Shown in pieces: positions 8,269-16,195 of a stretch of DNA of 64,000 bases. The notes beneath the pieces are model-generated. The model worked only from the letters and a program-made list of their open reading frames with translations, did not search any database and was not told the DNA's origin. Source of the DNA: Gammaproteobacteria bacterium. GTDB taxonomy: Bacteria; Pseudomonadota; Gammaproteobacteria; Ga0077536. The stretch is from the NCBI GenBank assembly GCA_030429865.1, contig JAUIFX010000001.1:2190-66189 (forward strand). The letters are read 5' to 3'. Made by a program: the position numbers and the translations under genes. Within the stretch, counting starts at the first letter, position 1; each line of letters opens with the position of its first letter.

Positions 8269-9633
8269 ATGAGCGAGCGCCTGCGCCTGATTCCCAGTGC
8301 CGATGTCGCCACCCTGGGCGCACATTGCTACCTTTTCGATCGCGCCGCGCTGCACGAAAACGTGGTGTCGGTGCCGACCCAGCGCGTTTCGCAGCGCATG
8401 CGCGAGGTCGTGCGGCGCATCCGCGCCGCGTGGCCCGACCATGCGCCACACCCGTACGGCGCCTTCGAGGCCCTGTTCGACAGCGCGGCGGAACGCAACG
8501 TGCTGGCGCAGCTGGCGCGTGCCGGTTACCTCGAGGCGGTGCCGCCGGTGGCGCCGGCACCCGGCGGCACGGCGGCGCGGAGCGGACACGCGGAGACCGG
8601 CGAGGCCACCGATCCGGCGGCGCACTTCCGCGAACGTGTCCTGCGCCACTTCTTCAAGCGCCCCGCGTTCTTCCACCTGCCGGAACAGATCGATGACGAC
8701 GACTGTGACGTTGCGCTCGTCGGCGTGCCGATTTCCTCGACGCTGGTCTCGAGCGGCACCGTCGACGCGCCCGCACGCCTGCGCCGCGACAGCCAGCGCG
8801 CCGGCTTCTGGTTCGACTTCCATGCCGACGGCGTCTATACCGAGACCGGCTGCGACGACAGTCCGCCGCGCCTGATCTGCGCGGGGGTGCGCGCGAAGGA
8901 CTTTGGCGACATCGGCAGCGACTGCCGCACCGTCGGCGAACTGTTCGCCCACGCGCGGCAGCTCGTCGACACGCGGCTCGTCCCGCATGGCATCCGCCCG
9001 TTGTTCATCGGGGGCGATCACGCGGTGACGTTCCCGCTCGTCGATGCCTACCTCCATCACCACCCGGGACTCGTCCTGATCCATCTCGATGCGCACAACG
9101 ACCTCTTCTACACCGAGCGGGTCGAGTTCAACCATGCCGGCCCGGTGCACGGTTTGCTCGTCCACTCCGGGCTCGACAAAGTGCTCTCACTCGGACTGCG
9201 CACCATCGGGGATCCCCGCGTCGGCCCCTACAAGCGCCTGGCCGCGAGCGGTGCGCTGCGCGAACGCGCGCACCTCTACTCGCTGCGGGCACTGGAACGC
9301 TGGCTCGACCGGCCAAGCGAGTTCCAGGCCCACCTGCGCGAATGCATCGGCGTTGACCGGCCGTGTTACCTCACCATCGATCTCGACGTACTGTCGGCCG
9401 ACTGCATCGCCGGACAGCTGTCGACCCCGGCAGGTCCCGGGCTCGGCTGGCACCAGCTGCTCGAGATGGTCCGCCTGGTGACGGAGACCTTCGACGTCGT
9501 TGCCTGCGACGTCGTCGAATTCAACCCGGATCACAAGGATCGCCCGGTCGACGATGCGCGCGAGATGACCGTCCTGCTGCTCGAGCTGATCGACGGACTC
9601 GCGCGCTGCGCGCGGCGCATCGTGCCGCCCTGA
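8269..9633 (+). CDS. Arginase/agmatinase/formiminoglutamase (ureohydrolase) family protein with ~150-aa N-terminal extension; candidate peptide arginase
   Basis: Ureohydrolase metal-binding motifs GGDHAVTFPLV, HLDAHNDL, TIDLDVLSADCIAG. Sits directly upstream of the NHLP precursor. Peptide-arginase role is inferred from context (OspR-type enzymes). Confidence 0.8.
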   Translation: MSERLRLIPSADVATLGAHCYLFDRAALHENVVSVPTQRVSQRMREVVRRIRAAWPDHAPHPYGAFEALFDSAAERNVLAQLARAGYLEAVPPVAPAPGGTAARSGHAETGEATDPAAHFRERVLRHFFKRPAFFHLPEQIDDDDCDVALVGVPISSTLVSSGTVDAPARLRRDSQRAGFWFDFHADGVYTETGCDDSPPRLICAGVRAKDFGDIGSDCRTVGELFAHARQLVDTRLVPHGIRPLFIGGDHAVTFPLVDAYLHHHPGLVLIHLDAHNDLFYTERVEFNHAGPVHGLLVHSGLDKVLSLGLRTIGDPRVGPYKRLAASGALRERAHLYSLRALERWLDRPSEFQAHLRECIGVDRPCYLTIDLDVLSADCIAGQLSTPAGPGLGWHQLLEMVRLVTETFDVVACDVVEFNPDHKDRPVDDAREMTVLLLELIDGLARCARRIVPP

Positions 9634-9963
9634 CGCCTGCGCTGCCGTGCACCACGCCGGGGCCGCCGTGACACGCCGCCAGGGCGTAACGGGCGATGTC
9701 CGGCAATACCTCGCCACTCGCTTCATCCGTTGTTGACGTGCCACCGGGGCCGTGCTCTCCTAGCCGGGCATCGGCAGTCAGCCCTCGGCTCCAGCGCTTC
9801 GGCGTCGACCGGTAGCGGGCAGCGGATGGCAGGGATGGTGCGCGCCCGGGGCCGCTCGACACGGCCTTCGACGCGACGCGATTAACGGGGCAGGTGCGTG
9901 CACACGCGCATCCGCGACGTCAGCCTTACGACGAAGAAAACCTGATAACGAGGGAGATAACAA

Positions 9964-10338
9964 ATGGCTCAATCACTCCAGCAAGTAGCCGAGCGCATTC
10001 ACAAGGTGAAAGAGGAAGTGGCCGTCCAGGCAGTCCAGGACGACGACTTCCGCGAAGCCCTGATGAGCAACCCGACTGCCGCCCTGTGCGAAGAGTACGG
10101 CCTCGAGCCGAGCTTCTTCGAGAACATCTCGGTGCGCGTCGAGGTCGAGAACCCGAACGAAGTGGTCATCGTGATCCCGGCCGAGGCGGCCGAGGAAGAA
10201 CTCAGCGACGAGCAGCTCGAGGCAGTCGCCGGAGGCGCCGCCTTCATCGCCGGTGTTGCGGCCGGTGCCGCGGTCATCAGCGCTGCCGCCGCTGCGGGGA
10301 CCATCGTGCAGAACACCCGCGCGGGACGCCGCTGGTAA
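9964..10338 (+). CDS. NHLP (nitrile hydratase leader peptide) family RiPP precursor
   Basis: 124 aa. Leader ...NPTAALCEEYGLEPSFFENISVRVEVENPNEVVIVIPAEAAEEELSDEQLEAVAGG matches the NHLP consensus, including the LSDEELEAVAGG double-Gly cleavage motif. Core AAFIAGVAAGAAVISAAAAAGTIVQNTRAGRRW. Strong SD (GAGGGAG) 7 nt upstream. Confidence 0.85.
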   Translation: MAQSLQQVAERIHKVKEEVAVQAVQDDDFREALMSNPTAALCEEYGLEPSFFENISVRVEVENPNEVVIVIPAEAAEEELSDEQLEAVAGGAAFIAGVAAGAAVISAAAAAGTIVQNTRAGRRW

Positions 10339-10430
10339 GCAACCAGGGACGCGCCGCCGGTTCCTGCTCACCCCGTCTCTCCAGGCATGGCGTGACGCGG
10401 CGAGGCGCGCGGCGAACGGCGCTACCAAGC

Positions 10431-10461
10431 GCCGGCGGCGGGCAGGAGGCCCGCCGCCGGC
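10431..10461 (+). terminator. Perfect 12-bp GC stem-loop downstream of the precursor gene (putative attenuator/partial terminator)
   Basis: gccggcggcggg-caggagg-cccgccgccggc, perfect inverted repeat with 7-nt loop, followed by GGUGAUGAUUUCCU. Lies between the precursor stop (10338) and the next ORF. Confidence 0.4.
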
Positions 10462-10493
10462 GGTGATGATTTCCTGAGCACGAGGCGCCTCGG

Positions 10494-10688
10494 ATGAGCC
10501 TGCGACCCCATAAACGCAACCGGATCCTGGCGCTTGCCTTCCTCGCGCTCGGCCTCACGTTCGCGGCGCTTGCCCTGGCCGGAGGCGAAGCACGACTGAC
10601 CCTGGGTCTGGCGGCGCTGACCAACCTGCTCGCGGCATTCGTGTTCTACCAGCAGCAGCGCGGCCGGGACGACTCGGGGGCCGACTAG
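10494..10688 (+). CDS. Small membrane protein (64 aa, two predicted TM helices)
   Basis: MSLRPHKRNRILALAFLALGLTFAALALAGG...LAALTNLLAAFVFYQQQRGRDDSGAD. Hydrophobic; immunity or accessory role is speculative. Confidence 0.35.
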   Translation: MSLRPHKRNRILALAFLALGLTFAALALAGGEARLTLGLAALTNLLAAFVFYQQQRGRDDSGAD

Positions 10689-10983
10689 ACCGTCCGCGCG
10701 CGCCGCGCGCCGCTCCGCGAGACCCGACGATGACTGCTTTCGCGCCCGACGCCGGGGCCTGCCGCTGGTCGACGCGCTGGCGTTGCCGTGCGCCAGGGCC
10801 TGCACCGTCAGCCCGGCGCGGGCGGGCCGCGGTGCATCACGGAGACCGTATGCCGAAACCATCGGGCGCCAGCACCGGCGTCGCGCGCAGGATTCCCCGG
10901 GTGCGCGCCGTGCCGCCCGGCTGCCCGCCAGCGAGCCGCCGGCACGCTTCGGCCGCCGCGCGCGGCTGGACGACCCGGGCCGC

Positions 10984-12162
10984 ATGAGCGGCTTGGACTC
11001 CGGGCGCCGGACTGCCGTCGACGCGCGCAGTCCGCACGACTTCAGCGTGGCCGACTACCTGCGCCCCCTCGCACGCGACCTGCCGCCAGCGCTGGTCGCG
11101 GCCGCGGCGCGCGATGCGATCATCGACCTCGCCGCGCAGCTGCCGGGCGCGATCACGAGCTTCTGCGGCTTCGAATGTCCACTCGGCAGCGTCGAGGCCC
11201 GCGCCGACTTCCTGCTCTGCAGCACGCGCGAAGAAGGCCATGCCAGCGTGCTCGCGGGTACGCACGGCGAGAGCGCACTCGCGCCCGCGCTGCGCGCGCT
11301 GCCGGCCTGGCAGCGCGTCGCGGAATTCTCCCGCGCATGGCTCGGCGGGGATGGCCTGCTTGCCGACCACCTCATGAACACCTGGCTCGAGTTCGACATC
11401 GGCCGCGACGCCGAGGCGCTCGCCGCGCCGAGCATGTTCTTCGGCACCCACCCTCCGCCGCCCGGCGCCGCTTCGCGCGCCCAGCTCGATGTCCTGCTCG
11501 CGGCACTGGCCGTGCTCGATCCGCCGGCCGTGCTGGGTCACCGTCGGCGCGCACTGGAAGCCCTGCTGGGAGCACTGCCGCCGGGCTGTCACGTGTTCCA
11601 GGTCGGTGCGATGTGGTCACGCGGTCAAGCGGCGGTACGGCTGTGCCTGCGCGGCGTCGAGCGTTCGGCCGTACCGTCCCTGCTCGGCGCGCTCGACTGG
11701 CCGGGATGCCGTGAAGACGTCGCCGTCCTGCTCGACACCGTGGGCGCACACGCGAGCCGCGTCGACGTCGATCTCGATCTCGGTGACCAGGTCGGTCCCA
11801 AGCTCGGCCTCGAGTGTTACTTCGGTACGGATGCCGGCAACGCCGCACGCCTCGCCGCGCTGACCGCGGCGCTCGTGCGCCACGGCGCGTGCACGCCGGC
11901 CGAGGCCGCGGCGCTCGATGCCTACCAGGGACTGACCCTGCAGGATGCCGCCCCGGCCGACTGGCCGCCTCATCTCGCCGCGCTCGCGCGTGCCGGCGGC
12001 CGCGGGCTGAGCAGCGCGCTGTGCCGCTGGGTGCACCACGTCAAGCTCGTGCACGAACCCGGCGCGGCACTGAGCGCGAAAGCCTACCTCGCCGTCGAGC
12101 ATCACCTGCTGGACCGGCGCCAGCTGCGCGCGCACATCGACGCCATGCGCAGCGGCGCCTGA
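10984..12162 (+). CDS. Hypothetical protein (392 aa), first gene of the translationally coupled modification operon
   Basis: Internal ATG (MSGLDSGRRTAV...) chosen because the upstream part of the track ORF (from 10783) is R-rich. No family recognised. Stop lies 6 nt before the halogenase start. Confidence 0.5.
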   Translation: MSGLDSGRRTAVDARSPHDFSVADYLRPLARDLPPALVAAAARDAIIDLAAQLPGAITSFCGFECPLGSVEARADFLLCSTREEGHASVLAGTHGESALAPALRALPAWQRVAEFSRAWLGGDGLLADHLMNTWLEFDIGRDAEALAAPSMFFGTHPPPPGAASRAQLDVLLAALAVLDPPAVLGHRRRALEALLGALPPGCHVFQVGAMWSRGQAAVRLCLRGVERSAVPSLLGALDWPGCREDVAVLLDTVGAHASRVDVDLDLGDQVGPKLGLECYFGTDAGNAARLAALTAALVRHGACTPAEAAALDAYQGLTLQDAAPADWPPHLAALARAGGRGLSSALCRWVHHVKLVHEPGAALSAKAYLAVEHHLLDRRQLRAHIDAMRSGA

Positions 12163-12168
12163 TCCCCG

Positions 12169-14727
12169 ATGCACGGCCCTTCCCCCGAGTACGACCTGGT
12201 CGTCGCCGGCGGCGGCCCCGCCGGCACCACGCTCGCCACGCTGGTCGCACGTGGCGGCCATCGTGTCCTGCTGCTCGAAGCAAACCGCTTTCCCCGCTAC
12301 CAGATCGGCGAGTCCCTGCTGCCGGCGACCTTCAACGGCCTGTTCCCGCTGCTCGGTATCGACGCCGACCCCGGCCGGCTGGGCGCACCGGTGCTCAAGC
12401 GGGGAGCGACGTTTCACTGGGGGCGCGACGACGACCTGTGGACGATGAACTTCGGCGGCGCGCCGGACGACACCGAACCCGCGCCCGACTGGCCGACGGC
12501 GTTCAACGTGCGCCGCGAGGTCTTCGACGACGTGCTGCTGGGCGCCGCCCGCGCGGCCGGTGTCGAGGTCCGCGAGGGCGCCCGCGTCACCGCTATCGAC
12601 GCCGACGGGGAACGCGTGCGCGGCGTCGAGGTGGGCAGCGACGACGGCACCCGCTGGCACGCGCGCGGCCGCTTCGTCGCCGGCGCAACCGGCCAGGGCT
12701 GTCCACTCGCGGCGCACGTCGGCACGCGCCAACCCTCGGTGTTCTTCCGCAACGCCTCGGTCTTCGGCTACTTCCATGGCGGCGCACGCCTGCCGGGCGC
12801 GCTCGCCGGCAACGTGCTGCTGGAAGCCTTCGACCAAGGCTGGGCGTGGTACATCCCGCTCAACGACGAACTGACGAGCGTCGGCGTGGTGCTGCATCAC
12901 CCGCACACGCAGCGTCTCGGCGGCGACCGCGAGGCCGCGTTCCGCGACAGCCTCGCGCGCTGCACCTACATCGACGGCTACCTGCGCGGAGCGCGTCGTG
13001 CCACCACGCCGCCCTACGCCGGGCTGCGCGTGCGTTCGGAGTTCTCCTACACGCACGCGCGCTTCTGGCGCGCAGGTGCGCTGCTGGTCGGCGACAGCGC
13101 CTGCTTCGTCGACGTGATTCTCTCCTCGGGCGTACACCTGGCGACGTTCGGTGCACTGCAGGCGGCGCGCGCTCTCAACGCCGTGCTCGACGGCGAATTG
13201 CCCGAGCGCCTCGCGCTCAACGAGTTCGAGCTGCGCTACCGTCTCGAGTTCACCCGCTTCTACCAGGGGCTGCTCGGCCTGCACGACATGGCCCACGATG
13301 GCGCCACCTACCGCGAATGGCTGCGCGGGATGCTGCGGCGTACCCAGGGCGTCTACCTCGACGACGCGGCGGCGCCGCCGGCGCAGCGCCGCCGCACCTG
13401 GCAGGCGCTGGCATGGCTGCGCAAGCAGAACGCGCAGCTGGTGGCGTCGACCGCGCCGCCCGCAATGGATGCCGCGGCCGCGCTGCCCGCGATCGCCGGT
13501 GAGCTGCTCGTGCATGCCGATGGACTGCGCTTCGCGCGCGCCGCCGAACAGACCGATGCCGGCGACGCGCCCGATCCGCGGGTCGACACGCCGCTCTACG
13601 ATTACGGCAAGCTGCACGCCAGCGCCGCTCCCTACCTGCAGGCCTGTCCCGACGGCGTCGACGGTGCGCTCGCGCTGGTCACGGCCGCGCGCAGCCGTGG
13701 CATCCACCTGCGCGTACGCGGCAGCGGGCACACCTTCAGCGGCGCGAGCCTGCCGCGCGAAGGCGAGGTGCTGGTGCGTACCAACGGCCTCGATCACTAT
13801 CACTTCCACGCGCCTGGCCGGCTCGTCGCCGGCGCCGGCGCCATGGTCTGGGACATCCGCGATCTCGCCCGCGACCACGGCTTCGACCTGCCCGTCTATA
13901 ACGGCGGTTGGGCCGGACCGACCCTCGGTGGCTACATCTGCGCCGGCGGGTTCGGCAAGAGCGGCCTGTCGGAGGATGCCGGCGGGCTGTGGGAGAACAT
14001 CTATGCCGTGCGTCTCGTCGACGGGCATGGGACGCTGCGCACGATCACGCGCGACGACGACGCCTTCCCGTGGCTGTTCGGCAGCTCCGGCCAGCTCGGC
14101 CTGCTGGTCGATGCCGAGCTGCGCCTGGTGCCGTACGCCGATGCCACGGGCGCGCCGCGCTACCCGGTCGATGAACGTGGCCGCGTACCGCGCCGCCAGG
14201 TCGATGACCCGCGCCTCAACGACGTCGCGCCACGGCCCGACGACGACAAGCGGCTGTTCTGGTTCACCTTGCTGGTGTCACCGGCGGAGGAAGCCGACGC
14301 CTGGGCCGGCCTCGAGCAGCTCGTCCTCGATCACCGCGACGTGCTCGTGCCGGATGGCGGCTGGGCCGGCCCGCAACTCGACGGTGCGCCGATCGGCTAC
14401 CGCTACGTGATCCGTTTCCACGAGTTCAACCCGCCGCTGGTCTACCCGCGCGCCGAGACGTTCCTGTGCATCGGCGTGATGAGCCTGCTCGCCAGTGGCG
14501 ATGCCGGGAGCGATGCGCGGCTGCGTGCGATCGAGCGCGATTTCGTCGCACTCGCGCGGACGCGCCGGCTGCGCCTGTACCTGCAGGCGGAAAACATCAC
14601 CGGGCAGGTAGACCAGCGCCGTTATTACGGGCGTGCGACCTGGGAACGCTTTCTCGAACTCAAACGCGACTTCGACCCCGCGGCGCTGTTCAATCGCGAC
14701 GTCGTCTTCCCTCCCGATGCGCTATGA
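12169..14727 (+). CDS. Fusion protein: flavin-dependent (tryptophan-type) halogenase N-terminal domain plus FAD-linked oxidase (PCMH-type FAD-binding) C-terminal domain
   Basis: N-terminus DLVVAGGGPAGTTLA (GxGxxG), GESLLP, and the halogenase signature WxWxIP (FDQGWAWYIPL). C-terminal half has RVRGSGHTFSGASL FAD-binding motif and oxidase-like body. Single uninterrupted 852-aa ORF. Confidence 0.8.
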   Translation: MHGPSPEYDLVVAGGGPAGTTLATLVARGGHRVLLLEANRFPRYQIGESLLPATFNGLFPLLGIDADPGRLGAPVLKRGATFHWGRDDDLWTMNFGGAPDDTEPAPDWPTAFNVRREVFDDVLLGAARAAGVEVREGARVTAIDADGERVRGVEVGSDDGTRWHARGRFVAGATGQGCPLAAHVGTRQPSVFFRNASVFGYFHGGARLPGALAGNVLLEAFDQGWAWYIPLNDELTSVGVVLHHPHTQRLGGDREAAFRDSLARCTYIDGYLRGARRATTPPYAGLRVRSEFSYTHARFWRAGALLVGDSACFVDVILSSGVHLATFGALQAARALNAVLDGELPERLALNEFELRYRLEFTRFYQGLLGLHDMAHDGATYREWLRGMLRRTQGVYLDDAAAPPAQRRRTWQALAWLRKQNAQLVASTAPPAMDAAAALPAIAGELLVHADGLRFARAAEQTDAGDAPDPRVDTPLYDYGKLHASAAPYLQACPDGVDGALALVTAARSRGIHLRVRGSGHTFSGASLPREGEVLVRTNGLDHYHFHAPGRLVAGAGAMVWDIRDLARDHGFDLPVYNGGWAGPTLGGYICAGGFGKSGLSEDAGGLWENIYAVRLVDGHGTLRTITRDDDAFPWLFGSSGQLGLLVDAELRLVPYADATGAPRYPVDERGRVPRRQVDDPRLNDVAPRPDDDKRLFWFTLLVSPAEEADAWAGLEQLVLDHRDVLVPDGGWAGPQLDGAPIGYRYVIRFHEFNPPLVYPRAETFLCIGVMSLLASGDAGSDARLRAIERDFVALARTRRLRLYLQAENITGQVDQRRYYGRATWERFLELKRDFDPAALFNRDVVFPPDAL

Positions 14728-16195
14728 CCCGAACCTGCCGCGGGCCGTGTTTCTGGGCCCCTCTTTCGCGCCCGCCGCGGCGGCCAGGCTGCTGCCCGCG
14801 AACTACTATCCACCGGTGCGCATGGGTGACGTCTATCGCCTGCTCGCCAGCGGCGTCGAGACCATCGTCATCATCGACGGCGTGTTCCACCAGAGCACGC
14901 CGGTATGGCAGCGCGAGATCCTCGCCGCGCTGGAAGCCGGTATCCGCGTCGTCGGCGGTGCCAGCATGGGCGCGCTGCGCGCCGCCGAACTCGCGCCCTA
15001 CGGCATGGAAGGCATCGGTACGATCTACGGCTGGTACCGCGATGGCGTGATCGATGGCGACGACGAGGTCGCGCTGGTCCACGCCGACGCCGAGCTCGAG
15101 TACCAGGCGCTGTCGGAGCCGCTCGTCAACATGCGCTACAATCTGGCGCGCGCGCGCGCGAACGCCGTCATCGACGCCGCCGCGCACGACGCGTTGTTGG
15201 CCGCGGCGCAACAGCGCTGCTTCACCGAGCGCAGCTGGCGCCGCCTCGAAGCGGCGCCCGCCTGGCAGGCTCTGGCGCCTGCGCGCCGCGCGGCGCTTGC
15301 CGCCTTCCTTGCGAACGATTATGTCGATCTCAAGCACGCCGACGCGCGAGCCGTGCTCGAACACGTGCGCCGCAGCACCGCAGACAGCCGTTCCGCGCTA
15401 CGCCCGCGCAGCCGGTGGTCGTATCCCGGCAGCGCCCGCGTACGTCTGCAGGCCGCGCTGGCGCCGGACGGCAGCCTGGTCGACGGCGCCACCGTGCTCA
15501 CCAGGGCACTCGCGGCCGACGACGCCTGGGTCGCTCCCTGTCTGCGCGAGGCGCACGCGCGCTGCTACCTCGAGGACTGGCTCGAGCGCTGCGCCGCGAT
15601 GCCGCCGGCGGAGACGCTGGCGCCGTTCCTGGCCAGGGTGACGCCTGCGCAGGCAAGCGGTGACGCAGCCGCGTTCGCGCGCGCCAACGGCCTGACCCGC
15701 GACGAACTCGACGCCGCGCTCGCGGCGCGTGCACGCCATGCCTGGCTGCTGGCCGGGGAAAGCGCCATGCCCGGGACGGACGACGCCGCGCACGACGCCC
15801 TCCTCGCCGCCCTCGGCGAGACGGCGGCGAGCGCGCGCGCGGCGGCACGCCGCGACGCCTGCCTCGCCGCCTGGGCGCGCCGGCGCGGCATCAGCTGCCC
15901 CGCAGCCGAGCACGACCGGCGCGCGCCGCACTGGTGTGCCGCGCACGGACTGTCCGCGGCGGCAGTCGACGCCGATGCGCGTCTCGCGCGCGCCCTCGCC
16001 GAACGGGTCCTTGCCGCCTGGCTGCTCGACCAGGAACCGGCACACTTCGGTTTCGAACGTTTCTCTGCCGACGCCGAGCTGCTGCTCGCGCTCAAGCTCG
16101 ATGGCCGCCACGCGGCGCTCGTCGCCGACCTGACCGGCGTGCGTGCCGCACCGGCACCACCGCACAAGGACAGCAGCGCCGCGGGGGCCGCATGA
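14717..16195 (+). CDS. tfuA: TfuA-like protein (YcaO partner for thioamidation) with long Ala-rich C-terminal extension
   Basis: N-terminal ~230 aa match the TfuA core (VFLGPSFA...GDVYRLL...IVIIDGVFHQSTPVWQREILAALEAGIRVVGGASMGALRAAEL...GIGTIYGWYRDGVIDGDDEVALVH). Overlaps the halogenase stop by 11 nt and the ycaO start by 4 nt (ATGA). Confidence 0.75.
   Translation: MRYDPNLPRAVFLGPSFAPAAAARLLPANYYPPVRMGDVYRLLASGVETIVIIDGVFHQSTPVWQREILAALEAGIRVVGGASMGALRAAELAPYGMEGIGTIYGWYRDGVIDGDDEVALVHADAELEYQALSEPLVNMRYNLARARANAVIDAAAHDALLAAAQQRCFTERSWRRLEAAPAWQALAPARRAALAAFLANDYVDLKHADARAVLEHVRRSTADSRSALRPRSRWSYPGSARVRLQAALAPDGSLVDGATVLTRALAADDAWVAPCLREAHARCYLEDWLERCAAMPPAETLAPFLARVTPAQASGDAAAFARANGLTRDELDAALAARARHAWLLAGESAMPGTDDAAHDALLAALGETAASARAAARRDACLAAWARRRGISCPAAEHDRRAPHWCAAHGLSAAAVDADARLARALAERVLAAWLLDQEPAHFGFERFSADAELLLALKLDGRHAALVADLTGVRAAPAPPHKDSSAAGAA

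Noticed and set aside
11617-14028. 803-aa minus-strand ORF antisense to the hypothetical/halogenase genes
   Set aside because: Antisense to well-supported motif-bearing genes; R/G/A-rich composition with no recognisable domains.
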